A DNA stretch of 64,000 nt from the NCBI GenBank assembly GCA_043228905.1, contig JBHGNT010000017.1, positions 6,572,001 to 6,636,000 of the forward strand, read 5' to 3'. The notes below the pieces were generated by a model. The model ran no database searches, was not told the origin of the DNA, and saw only the letters and a list, made by a program, of their open reading frames with translations. The DNA comes from Azolla caroliniana. Taxonomy: Eukaryota; Plantae; Polypodiophyta. A program made the translations under genes and the position numbers. This document shows positions 24,345-37,100 of the stretch, piece after piece; the stretch's first letter is position 1; the number at the start of each line of letters is the position of its first letter.

Positions 24345-25376
24345 ACGTAAGTTTGAATGCCTTTGTAAAAGGAGAGGTATATGGACAAGCCCGAAACACT
24401 CCCTTGTCACAAGACACACAAACAAAAAAGCACAAATGATGATAATATATAAGATATGTAAGTTTGAATGCCTTTGTGAAAGGAGAGGTGCATGGGCAAG
24501 CCCGAAACGCTACCTTGTCACAAGACACACAAACAAATAAGCACAAATGACAATAACATATAAGACACGTAGGTGAAACCAAACATTAGTTTATTACAAT
24601 ATAATAGATTCTTTTATAAAATAAGAATCAATTCTACAATGGGTTTGATATGAATATGAGAGATAATTTATAAAGGGGGAAGAGAGGTGGAGGAAAGAAG
24701 AGAGTGGAATATAGAAGAAGGTGATTCTTTCTTGATGATGCCTCTTGATGTTGTTGATCCTTCTTCTTTTGCCTTCCAATTGAGTAGAGCTTCCGCGTTC
24801 CTTCTCCCTCCCCCCCTTCTTCACTAGAATAGGCTCTTATTTATAGGTTTAGGATTGCTTGCCTTTTTCCCCTAAAAAAAAGCTTGTCTATATGAGTCGA
24901 CTTTTCTTTTCCTCACTATTTCTGTTTTCTAGCCCCAAATTTCTTGGCAAGCTCTTTGGGTTAGCTTTCTTATGCATCTTTTCTTTTCTAATTTGGACAT
25001 CTGACGACGAAATTATGAGCTTTTTTCTCTATTGTGCTCCTCATATCCACGCGTGCTTTTTCTCTCTCTCCATCTTTTTCTCTACTTTTCTCTACTTTTG
25101 AAAACCGCCTCTAACTTAATATTCATCATTATTTATTGTAAGGTTCAATCATTTGACCTTTTATTTATAAGGAATTATCTTTGGCAAAATGAAAAAGTAT
25201 TTTTGCTACCAATAAAGTTGACTTAACAATACTAGTTTATTTAAACTACTATTTTGCTTCTTTTCGAGGGTGGTTTCACACTATGTGTTAGAAACATCAC
25301 GACACCGTTGCAGCCAGATACTCGGTTTCCGTGGTCGACAGTGCCATGACCTTTTGCAACCTCGACTACCACGATA

Positions 25377-27781
25377 CAACTCCCCCTGCCACCATGATTC
25401 GGGCTTTATGCTTTGGGTAGATTTCCACCATCCCCCGGTTTTAGTTTATATATCCACTTATTCCGGAGTGCCTTCTTTCCTTTCGGCAGCTCGGTCAATT
25501 TGTATGTGTGGTTCTCATGCAAGGAATCCATCTCGTCTTGCATGACACTCAACCACTCTCGGTTGTGGGTATCCCTCTTTGCTTCCTCAAAGCTCTCTAG
25601 ATCCCCCTCATCGGTTAACAACACATACTCATTGTCTGGAAATCTCGTGGCTCTCGATTGGAACTCCTTGAAAACAAATAACACTTGATTCTTCGTTTTC
25701 AAGATGGAAGCCCACAAATTCCGACTACAGTCATCTATGAAGGTCACGAAGTACTGTGAACCAACATGAGACTTTGAGTCCACATAACATACGTCGGTAT
25801 GCACGAGTTCCAGCGGCATTGTCTTCCTTGTCGGTGGCCTGGTTCAGAAGGAGGTTATTTTTTGGTTCACGGTCAAGCAATCAGTGCACTTCTCAAGTTG
25901 CACATTCTTCACCTCCGGAATGAGGTTCTCATCGGCAAGTCTCCGCATCCCCTTCTCATTCATATGGCACAACCTCCTATGCCACAGTTCTTCGATAGTG
26001 TCGGCTGCCACATTCGCTTCCGACCGACATATCCAAGCATGCATCAAATAGAGTGTGCTGGTTTTCTGGGCTTGAGCCACGATCAAGCTCCGCTTGTAGA
26101 ACTTCATGACACCGTTTCTACCCGTGTAGCCTTCGTCATCCAGTCGACTGGGTGATATTAGGTTCAGTCAAACATTCTTCAGCACTAGTCGACACCTAGT
26201 CGATGTTACTAGACACACATCTCTAATGCCGACTATTCGGGGTGCTCCTTCATTTCCCATCTTCACAACACCGTGAACACCGACATTGTACAATGAGAAA
26301 CATTCTCTATTGAGGGTCAGGTGGAATGATGCACCCGAATTGACCACTCATGTCGATTCTTTGCCAACGATATTTATGTCATTCTGTTCACTGATGAACA
26401 ACAACTCCTCTTCGCTCGCGGCGATTGCTGAAGTGTTCCTTTTGTCCGGAATCTTCTTCGGCTCTACACCATCAACTCCTCCTTTCTCTTTCCGGAATTG
26501 TCGGCAATTCTTTTGGAAGTGCCCCAGCTTCCCGTAGTAGAAGCATGTGGGCCTCCCCCTCGACTTCGACCTCGTCCCCAATTTCTCCTGATTTTGGGGA
26601 CTTCGATTTCAGCCTCTTCCTTGATTCATGTCACTTTCTGTGACTAAGGTATTTGGGTTGGGAATGGACTCCCTTTCCTTCCGACGAGCTTCCTCATTTA
26701 GTAAACCTGACTTCATCTTCTCTAGGGATAGATGCTTCGCTTCCGGACTAGCGTTGCCCAATGTGACAACGAGCGTTTCCTAGCTATCTAGAAGGGATCC
26801 TAACAACAACAATGCTAATACCTCGTCGGCAAGAGGTACTTCTAGAGAGATGGTTTGGTTGATCAGTCCCTAGAAGGCATTCAGATGTTCCGCCATCGTG
26901 GAGCCATCTTGATACCAGAGTCTCATGATCTTTCTGAAAATTGAGACTCTGTTAACGACGTTTTTGTTTTCGAACATGATGTCGATCTTCTTCCACATGA
27001 CATCTACCTTGGTCTCTTCATTAAAGGTGTTACACACAAACACCTTATGTATGAGGTTGTCTTCATATGCATAACCTCCTAGGTTGATGCATCAATCTTG
27101 CCTCCGAATTGCACCGACAGCTAGAGGTCTTTGCACACCAGCATGTCCCGCATCTTTGACTTCCACACCGAATAGTTGGAGCTGGTAAGTTTGAACATGC
27201 ATCCCAAATGCTCATCCATCGCTCTGATACCACTTGTTAGGATCGTAATTGGCCACAACCGGTTTCTTTGTCATATATTCAGGTTGCAAAGAATCGAATG
27301 AGATAGTGCATAGACAAGAAAATAAAAAACACAAAAAACAGAAAACACAAGATATTTTAACGTGGAAAATCCAAATGGGAAAAACCAGGTGGAGTTCATA
27401 AACTCCAAATTAAATCACTATGTCGAGAGGAAGTACAATAAGAAACTTGGAGGCAACAACCTCAAGATCTTCTTTGTATAACAGACAGACGGTTACAGAC
27501 TAGACATTCACTAACTATAACTCTCACTCTCTCACTCTCTCAGTTACATAGGCAACGACCTCAAGAGTAACTATACAACTATATTCAACTACACTAATGA
27601 TTCATTGGTGCTTCATAAAGTTTGCCCTAGTTGTATTTATACTAATACAACTTTCTAGGCTATTTACAAATATGGTCTCCCGAATTGGCTATTAAATCAA
27701 TGATTCGATTTATCACTTTTTGATTTCATCCGATTCAGTTCGTTCTCTTCTTCCCATCCAGAGGGACTTGTTTTCCCAACA
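25377..27781 (-). mobile_element. Internally deleted Copia related to the 1-7782 family
   Basis: 5' LTR 27235-27781 and PBS TGGTATCAGAGC at 27221-27232. Gag and PR remnants are present, the INT core is deleted (~25650), and RT is fused directly to a PPT-like CAGGGGGAG at ~25380-25388. Confidence 0.85.
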
Positions 27782-28511
27782 CAACAAGCACTGACTACGA
27801 AGTATGAGCAACGGGCTGAGAAATATGTGTTGAGCGGACAAGCTCAACATGATCCAGATCAGTGTCCGGAATGGAGAGCCGGATTGGTGTCCGGAGCTGA
27901 GTGTAACCAGTAGGCCGTTAGAGGACTACAATCCTAGCTTAGTACGTAGGCATATGTTTAGGAGTTAGGTCAGTTTTTTGGTATGAGCATTGAAGTACTT
28001 GTCACTACTTTAGTCAGTCCGTCAAGGACTTGTATACAAGTGCTCATAGAGCACATTGTATGTACAGAGTTTTACAGAGCTTTTTGAAGTAGAGATTTAT
28101 TGTCTTGCTCTCTCTCTTTGTCTCTCTCGCAATCATTGTTTCTATCCAACTGAGCCGGTTGTGATTTGTTACAACTTTTGCACATAATCTTTTTCGTGGT
28201 ATTAGAGCATCCTTTGTTGCCGACAAGACCTTTTGACACAAATCAAGACCTGACACCCGATAAGAACAGACAAGAAGAGGAATCGACAGAGGAATGGGAA
28301 AACCACTTCTAATGGAGAAGCTCGACAGGAGAAACTACGCATCTTGGTCATACAAGAGGCACCAGTACTTGTTAGGGCATGGGTATTGGAGTTATGTCGA
28401 ATGAGCAAATTATGTAGCACCGGATTCGACACACAGGGATTTTCCGGCTTGGGAATAGTCGGCAAGCAAAGTTCTCTACTATTCCGCATCTCGTGTCGGT
28501 GATCAGCAATT

Positions 28512-29113
28512 TATTAGGAAACGGGTCCCTCTAGATGGGAAGAGAAGAGCCGAGTTGATGAGAAACTCAGCTGAGGCCGAAACCAAAATCGTGTAGACAG
28601 CCAACTTAGAAGACTATACTTGTAAATAGTCTAAATAGGCCCTTATGGGCTACACTTCTAAATAACCCAAAAGGTGTACTAGTATAAGTACTTAGGGCAA
28701 TCATAATGTTACTATGATGATGAGTTGTTGTTAAAAAGGTTACTTACAAGGTCGTTGCCTTTTTTGTAACTGTGTAACAGTAAGTGAGTGAGAGTGACAA
28801 CGTGTGTAACTCTGTAGCCGTCTGTTGACGAAGTTGAATCTCGAGGTCGTTGCCTCGGAGCTTCTAGCTGTACTCCTCCTTTTAGCATAGTAATTCTAGT
28901 TGTACTCCTCCTTTTAGCATAGTAATTCTAGTTGTCTCGGGGTTTGTGGACCCCCGTGGTTTTTCGCATTTCGGGTTTCCACGCTAAAATTGTGTGTTTC
29001 TATCTCTTGTGCTATTTCAGTTTTCGCACTCTATTTGAGTCCATTCTATTTTACGTTCCCTGCACCCGAACATCCGAATTGAAACCGGTTGTGGTTGGTC
29101 ACGATTCTTGACA
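28512..29113 (+). mobile_element. Copia solo LTR (same family as 52460-53043)
   Basis: High identity to 52460-53043. Flanks CAATT/CTATT (5-bp TSD with 1 mismatch), and the host gag resumes after it. Confidence 0.88.
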
Positions 29114-30208
29114 CTATTGAGCTACATCTGGAACGCTAAGATGCCAAAGGAGGTTTGGGGAAATCTGAAGAAGATATTCGCCGCAAGAACCACAACCAAA
29201 AATGTTCAGCTCGGAGCTAAGCAACGTCAGGCAGAGAGACATGTCAGTGGCTGATTACACCTCCCGGATCAAGGACAATTGCGACTCTCTCGGCTACATC
29301 AACGTGACCGTCGAGGAGGACGAAATGGTGCAATTTTGTCTCGGTGGGTTAGCATCTAGGTTCTGATCATTCCGAATGGAGGTCTGCATGAGAGAGAGTA
29401 CGTCGTCATTCTTTGAGTTGCCATCGATGCTTCTCATTGAAGAGAACCACACGGGTGCATCAACAAGCACGCACGCTGACAACAAGATGTTGTACACAGA
29501 GGAGGATAGACCTCGTGGTTGTGGTGGACGAGCCAAGTTAGCACGCATTGGAGGCGGCCGATAGGCGCAAATCCGAAGGCATAATCATCATGTCGACAAC
29601 AGTTCCGGATCCTCTAGGAGCAGGGGGAGTCAAAGCAACGCCGAAAATTGGCAAGGAAAGGTGGACATGGAATGCTTGTAATGTGGCAAGAAAGGCCATA
29701 GGGAGAGCTAGTGTTGGAAGAATCGTGCCGATTGGGACAAATCCGGATCTGGCAAGGCCAGACAAGGGAGTCAACAAAGCTCGCACTACGCCTTTGTGAT
29801 GAAGCACAAGGCAAACTCGATGAGGAAGACCATCCCACAATCGGATGAGGTGTGGTACATTGACTTCGGAGCATCAAATCATATGATGAGCCATGAAGAA
29901 TGGTTCTCATAACTAGAGAAACCGGAGCAACCGGGAGTGGTCGAAACCGGAGACGACACTCTACACCCAATCAAACATGTTGGCAAAGTTCCCCTTAGTC
30001 ATGTCGGACAAAAGGGAAAGCTCATGAATGTGTTACATGTCCCGAAAATCACAAAGAACCTGGTGTTAGTCGAGCAAATCATCGACCATGGGTTGCAGAT
30101 TTGATTCACCCATCTTGGGTGCTTCATCGTGGAAGAGGGGCAGATCATTGTGCAAGGGTACCTGGACAAGAGGATGTTCATCCTCGACACCAACGAAGTC
30201 GGAACCGT

Positions 30209-30834
30209 TGTCGTGTTGTTACGCTCTCGTGTATGAAATAAGGCTGGACCGCAGGGGCCCTGAACCGAGGAGCGTGAGAGAGAAGAGGGAGAGAAATTCG
30301 CAGAAACACAGAGAGGCAGGAACGAAAGAATCAATTCCAATAACAACGTAGATTACAGAGCTTGCAATGTTACAGCTGGCAGGCCAGTGACAGACTCAAC
30401 ACAAACGACCACATGCACTGAAATACGCAATCGTGCCTCTATCGGAAGCACACGGGCTTTCACGCAACAGAGGCAACCAACCTATCCCAAAATCCCTGCA
30501 GAAGCAACAACAATAGTGGAGGAGAGAGCTCGGTTCCCAGTCTGACAACACTTCTTCCTCTCAAAATGCGTGCCCTGTATCTGTCTTCTCCCCTCCCTTT
30601 TATAGGCCGCCGAGGAAGACCGTTACACCCTCAGTTACATGCATTTATCCTCTATCCCGTCGGACAGAGATACACTTGGATCCCCTAGACAATTAATGCG
30701 TACTACCTAGTATATTTACATTGGCTGAATCAGACCTAGTTATGTACAACTTAATAAATAGTGCGGCCACGCGTAAGGGTCGATTCCTGCGTCTTTTCCC
30801 TCGTTTCCTCCTATGGCTGGTTTTCTCCATGACA
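30209..30834 (-). mobile_element. Solo LTR (Gypsy-like TGTCGTG...ATGACA termini)
   Basis: 4-bp TSD CCGT/CCGC. Minus-strand TATAAA near 30599-30604. The host Copia reading frame resumes at 30835. Confidence 0.8.
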
Positions 30835-31977
30835 CCGCTATGTTTGTTAAAGGGAAAAAAGTTGAGTCGGATATCGACCTATGGCGCAAATGGTTTGGCC
30901 ATATCAACTTCTCGCGGCTTCGGGAGATCAAACAAAGAATATTGTCTTTAGATTACCAAAATTCAATGGCTGGAATGGCCAAGTCTATGAAACCTACCAA
31001 TTAGGGAAGCAACACCCACTTCCATTCCCCAACCAGCGAAATCGGAGACGGAACCGACTTGATTTGATCCATTTGGATTTGTGGGGACTGGCACAGATTT
31101 TGAGCATCGGAAGAAGCCGTTATTTTGTAACCGTCATTAATCATGACTATACTCGGCACACTTAGGCGTGCTTGATCGAGAAGAAGAGTGAAGTCTTTGC
31201 CTGCTTCCTGAAGGTGAAGAGCCTTGCCGAACAGGAAATCGACAGGACGATCAAGTGTCTAAGGTGTGATGGCGGAAAAGTGTACATTTCCGAAAAGTTG
31301 TCGAGTTATCTATAGAAGGAAGGAATTCGACGAGAATTCTCTTGTAGATACTAGATACACACCGGAGCATAATGGTGTGGCCGAATGGAAGAACCTGACA
31401 ATAGAGGAGGTGACACGGGCGATGCTTGAAGAGAAGCATCTGCCAAAGTTTTACTGGGACAAAGCAGTCCGGACGATTGTTTACCTGCAGAATCAAACAT
31501 CTGCAAGTGGAAGAGTGTCACTACATGAGTTGCATGTCGGGAAGAAACTGAATCTAGGACACTTGAGGGTGTTCGGCCACATTGCCTATGTGCATGTGCC
31601 GAAGGAGAAGCAGAGGAAGCTAGACGCGAAAGCCGAGAAGTGCATTCTCGTCGGCTACTCGGACAAGTAGAAGGGTTATAAATTTTATAAGCCCCGAACC
31701 AAACAGATCTGGGTCAGTGGAGATGTTGTGTTCGATGAGTTGTCATCATGGTACTTGCCCTCTTCTTCAACCCCCGACAACTCCATTCTGATCTCTAAGG
31801 ACGAGGTCAGTGAGGCTGAAATGCCTCCGGACGAAGAAGAAATCAGAGCTCTAGAAGAGAGTCAGATTTCATTCTGCCTAAGCGGGCCAAATGAGAGACT
31901 AAGTCAGAACGATCGGTTTGATGAGGTTCCGATGAGTAGTGGACACTCGGTCGTGCTGTCCCGCGTAGGAAGCCAAG

Positions 31978-32830
31978 GAAATGAGAAAGATTGACAAATT
32001 TCATTATAAATAGCAAAGAAAAATTACAATCAATCCCAAGATTGGGATTACAAAAGTTTTATCTTAAGGAGATTACTAGAATAATAGATTAGAAGAAACT
32101 AAGATATGGATTCAATAGAGATTTAGGGTTCTTGGCTTTGATAAGAGATTATGGTTTTATGAGTTGAATAGCTTCCGTATGGAAAATTTAGGGTTATGAG
32201 TAAGATATGGCTTCCGTAAGGAAATTATGGTTTACTTGAGAGATAGCTTCCTTCCCGTATGGAGAAATTGGAATTATTAGTGATTGATGGCTTCCGTAAG
32301 GAAATTAGGGTTTACTTGAGAGATAGCTTTCTTCCCGTATTTATGGCTTCTGTAAGGAAAATTAGGGCTTTTTAGTGTTATGGCTTCCGTAGGGAAAATT
32401 AGAGTTTTTGAGTGTTATGGCTTCTATAAGATAAGAGAGCTAAGAAGGGAAAGAAAAATAAAATTGGAGAGAGAGAGAGTGTAGGAAAAAAATGGAATTT
32501 TATATGGTGTTCTCTATTGATCATAGCCTTCAATGTTACTTTTGCATGTCCACTTTTAGTTGCACGGCCTCTACTTTTAGTTGCATCCATTTTTAGTTGC
32601 ATGACTTTTTCTTTTAGTTGCATGCGACCATCCACATGACCTTTACTTTACTTTTCTTTACTTTACTTTAATTAGCCACATGATCCAATCATCCGTCCGT
32701 CTTGATCGTCACTGGTTGTCGGATCCGCCCGGTTTCCAACACCATCCAATTGCCGATTTCGCCGGTTCCGGATTGCTTACCGACCGGTTCCGATTTGCTT
32801 TCCGGCCGGTTCCAGTTTTGTTTTTTGGTA
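31978..32830 (+). repeat. Unclassified modular dispersed repeat (inverted copy at 62031-62910)
   Basis: Starts GAAATGAGAAAG, then the hairpin AATCCCAAGATTGGGATT, ~38-bp ATGGCTTCCGTAAGGAAATTAGGGTTT repeats, TTAGTTGCATG repeats and a CCGGTT-rich end. Confidence 0.8.
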
Positions 32831-33155
32831 ACTTGGCCACATTCATCCATCTAGACAAAGTGGCCAAAGTGTTCTTAGCACAAATGAAAAATGAGGGATC
32901 TCAATGTGCTTATATAGCCAGGGGCTTAAGTTTCCTATCTATGTGGGAGACTTCAAAATTCTATTTTCCCTATCTTCTCAAGCTTCATGTCCGCCTAACT
33001 TGATATGCAGTTGTCTATTTTGTATGTAGTAAAATGCGTTTTAAAGCTCTTCAGTACATCCATCTTTCTATAACAAGCTACTAATCTAATCTAAAATAAT
33101 TATTTCATTATTTTTCTACATAGTTTTCATATCGTGTGTGAAAAACCACACGACA
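32831..33155. repeat. Terminal fragment of a Gypsy-like LTR ending ...CACACGACA
   Basis: The terminus matches the CACGACA end of the Trp-primed Gypsy LTRs and abuts Copia gag at ACGG. Confidence 0.5.
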
Positions 33156-34057
33156 ACGGCATACATCCAACACTTCATCGACATGAGCCTGTACAACAAC
33201 TTCAATGAAGAGAGAAAGGCTCATGAACTTTAGGAGAAGATCGGCATCATGTTCCAGAACAAGAAAGTTGTTAATCGGGTTTCGGTATTCCGAAAGCTAG
33301 TGAGGCTCCGATACCAAGAGGGCTCTAGTATAGCGGTACAAAGAAGGCTAAAATCAAGCTTGCTAGATGAAGAAGCTCGCTAGAAGGACCGGGAGTCTGG
33401 AACCGATCCGAAGGCCTTGGTCACAGAAGATGACCACAACCGAGGAAGAGGCCGGTATTGGAGTCCCCAAAACCGGGACAAATCGAGGACGAGGTCAAAG
33501 TCAAGGGGGAGGCCCACGTGCTTCTACTATGGGAAGTCGGGACACTTCCAGAAGAATTGTCGGCATTTCCGGAAGGAGAAAGAAACCGACACCATTGATT
33601 CGAAGAAGAGTTCGGACCGAAACGGTTCAGACCGGATCAGAAAGGAACGTCGGCGATCGCGACAAGTGAAGAGGAACTGATGCTCATTACCGAAGAGAAT
33701 GAGTTAAATCTTGTCGGCGATGAGACAACGTGAGTTGTCGATTCCGGATCGTCGTTCCACCTAACACTGGATCGAAGATGCTTCTCATCCTACACAGCTG
33801 GTGATCATGGTTGTGTCCGGATGGGGAATGATGGTTATCGGCATACGAGATGTGTTGCTGACAACATTAACCAGATGCAAGGTGTTGTTGAAGGATGTCC
33901 GACACGTTCCGGAGGTTCGACTAAACCTGATATCAGTCGGTTGGCTAGATGACGAAGGCTACACGGGTTGCATCCGGAACGGAGTCATGAAATTCAGCAA
34001 AGGGAGCCTTATAGTGGCACAAGTTTGGAAGGTCAACACGATGTATCTGATGCATGC

Positions 34058-34145
34058 TGTCAGGAACAGTACTAAGACAGAGAAGGAATTAGTACTAAAA
34101 GAAGTATTAGTACTAAGAGAGGTGAAGAACTCTCGAGAGAAGGAA

Positions 34146-34199
<54 letters not shown>

Positions 34200-37100
34200 A
34201 GAAAAGATATATATTATGTGAAGAGAATGTACAGTAGTAGCTAGGAGGCTTAAGACTGGCGTTGAACCGATTTGGTTCGAAATAATGCCTCGTGCCTCCT
34301 TTTATAGTGTTCTAAGGAATACTCCTGAAGTTTCTAGAATGTTCCAGAGAAATCTGGAATATACATCAATTTTCTATAATAAAACATAAATGAAAATAAT
34401 ATTTTACGTATTACAATGTATAGTCTAATGGTCAAGAGCTTGACCCATGTAGCATAAGGTCATGGGTTCGAGTCTTGCCATATCATGACACTATCCCCCC
34501 TTTAAAACGAAGAGTGTAATGAGTCGTTTTGGATTGAGGACTCGGTTTGTCTGGATATTGATGATGGAAGTCTTCAAGAAGTGCACGAACATTGGTGACA
34601 TTCTCTATCAGTTCCCAAGTACGCTTATTGGGACTATATCCTAGCCAATCGACTAGATAGTAGAGCTTGTTGCGAACAATCTTGGAATCAAGGATGGCGG
34701 CAACCTCGTACTCAGGTCCATCTTCAAGCTCGATCGGGGGTGGAGCCTGTGTAATACGTCCTGGGATGGTGCTCTCTTGATAGGGTTCAAGGAGAGAACT
34801 ATGAAACACCGGATGTATCCGAAGTTGTGGAGGTAGATCGAGACGAAAAGCGACATCATTAATCTTTCCTATGATACGGAAAGGACCTAATCGCCGATAA
34901 TCCAACTTCTCGCATGGGCGAGTAGTCTTGATGTGTCGTCGGAGTAGTCATACCCGATCTCCAATGTTAAAACTGGATGGGAGTCGATGACGATCCGCAT
35001 AAACCTTGTGTGTTTGCTGAGCTTGTTGGAGATGAGTAGATAAATCGGCTTGTATCTTGCGTAACCGCTCCAAACGATCCTCCGCGCAAGGATTTGTGGA
35101 CACCTCTAGGGTTTCAAGTACACACCACCGGGGGTGACATCCCGTATAAGCATAAAATGGCGTAACTTTAGTCGATGCGTGGATAGAGTTATTATAGGCA
35201 AATTCGGCGAAGTGGAGAATATCTGCCCAGTCATCCTGATGATAGCTGAGAAAGCACCGCAGGTACTGCTCCAGCGTTTGATTTGTTCGTTCGGCTTGGC
35301 CGTCGGTTTGTGGGTGGTTGCCGGAGGAGAGGTTACAAGTGACCTTGAGCATTTTAAAAAGGTGCTTCCAGAATTTTGACACGAACTGGGGTCCACGGTC
35401 GCTGACGATACTATCGGGAAGTCCATGATGCCGACATACTTCACGCATGACAATTTCGGCGGTGTCTTCACTGGAGATTTCCTTAGTACATGGAAAAAAA
35501 TGAGCCATCTTCGTATATCGATCTACCACTATTAGAATCGCATTGAACCCCTTAGAGACTGGAAGATCTGTGATGAAGTCTAGAGCAATGGATTGCCACG
35601 GCTTGCTTGGAATTGGTAATGGTTCTAATAAACCATATGGATGATGCCTTGGCATTTTCGCTCTGCAGCATGTGTCACAAGTCCGAACAAAATCTTCGAC
35701 AAATTGTCACATACGGGGCCACCAGAATGATCGTTGTACTAAATCTAATGTTTTAGTACTACCAAAATGCCCAGCTGTATATGTGTCATGACAATTTTGT
35801 ACTACTTGAAGGCGGGAAGAACCATTAGGAACATACAAAAGTTCTTTAAAGAAGAGTAATCCATCATGGTATTTGTATTGCCGATAGTCCGTACTTGGTG
35901 GTTGCGGCTGTGAACACGACGCTCGAGAGGGATCAATTTGTGCTAGTATAGCTTGGGCGAAAGCATCTGTCTTCAGGTCCGCATGTATGATATCGATAAC
36001 GTGGGAATCCATGGGCATGCCAAAGACTTGTGTTGCTTGCAGTCGTGCCAGTCCCAAGATTACTTGCTTTTGGTTATCGAAAGCTGGCTCGCCGAAACGC
36101 GGTGCTAGGTAAGAACGCCGTGATAATGCATCTTCTTTCCCTTGATGTTTCCCGGGTTGATATGTAATCTTGAAGTCGAAACGCGTGAGAAAATGGGCCC
36201 ACCGAGCTTGACGTCGATTTAACACACGAGCGTCTTGAAAATAGGCGAGGTTTTTGTGGTCACTAAATACAGTGACTTGATGAGAAGATCCCTCTAGAAA
36301 ATGCCTCCATTGCATAAAAGAGTCCACTATAGCCAATAGCTCTTTATCATGAATTTCATAGTTGATTTTGGTGGCGTCAAACTTGCGTGAGTGAAAAGCC
36401 ACAAGATGTAGCTTTTCATCATTACCTCGTTGTGATAGAATGCTTCCCAATGCAAAATCCGATGCGTCCGCCTCAATGATGAATGGATTTTCTGGATCAA
36501 CGTGAGCTAGAATCGGAGCCGATGTAAATGCATGTTTAAGATTCTCAAAAGCCATGTCCGCTTCTTCAGACCAAACGAACGATTGTCCCTTCCTAGTAAG
36601 TTGTGTAAGAGGCAAAACGAGCTTTGAGTAATCCTTTATAAACTTCCGGTAAAAATTGGCAAAGCTTAGAAAGCATTGCACATCCCGCACCGAACGCGGA
36701 GTCTGCCATTCTACCACCGTTTTGACCTTAGCTAGGTCCATGGAGATGCCTTCTGAGGAAATGACATAGCCGAGAAATTCCACTTGGTTGCACCCGAAAC
36801 TACATTTTTCCAGCTTTGCATAGAGACCATGTTCTCGAAGTCGTTTTAGTACTAACAGTACATGAGAATCATGCTCTTCCTGGGTCTTCAAGTAAACCAG
36901 TAGATCATCCAAATAGATGATTAGACACACATCCAAGAGATCTTGGAAAATATCATTTGCCATGTGCTGGAAGACTGTTGGCGCATTAGTGAGGCCGAAC
37001 GGCATGACCATATAGTCGAAGTGCCCATATCTGGTGCGGAACGCGGTCTTCCATTCATCTCCTGGTCGGATCCGTACGAGGTTATAGGCTCCCGTAAGTC

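Larger units (their letters stand above)
11214..24570. repeat. ~107-140-bp tandem repeat array (~8 copies) split into 11214-11587, 23283-23623 and 24345-24570
   Basis: Recurrent core GAATGCCTTTGTGAAAGGAGAGGTGCATGGGCAAGCCCGAA...GTCACAAGACAC. Confidence 0.88.
11000..25376 (-). mobile_element. Long LTR/leader remnant of a Gypsy-like element hosting the 11588 and 23624 insertions
   Basis: Terminus ...CCACGATA at 25376 resembles the TGTCGTGG LTR start in reverse. Minus-strand CCTATAAATAAG at ~24836-24847. The repeat array is continuous across the insertions. Left boundary uncertain. Confidence 0.5.
27828..31977 (+). mobile_element. Degenerate Copia (Bryco/Lyco-like) 5' half carrying two nested solo LTRs
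   Basis: LTR 27828-28196, PBS TGGTATTAGAGC at 28197-28208, and gag/PR/INT remnants (YTPEHNGVAE, KLDAKAEKCILVGY). Truncated before RT. Confidence 0.87.

Noticed and set aside
11214-24570. CRISPR-like appearance of conserved cores with variable linkers (also 46587-46850 and 55180-55480)
   Set aside because: The linkers are homologous to each other rather than unique spacers, there are no cas genes, and the context is eukaryotic retroelements.
32120-32420. Telomere-like TTAGGG motifs
   Set aside because: Isolated motifs within ~38-bp units, not tandem telomeric arrays.
34418-34490. Functional tRNA genes here and at 11687, 22741 and 39630
   Set aside because: A/B boxes are present but the acceptor, anticodon and T stems do not pair properly. 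Reported as tRNA-like modules only.
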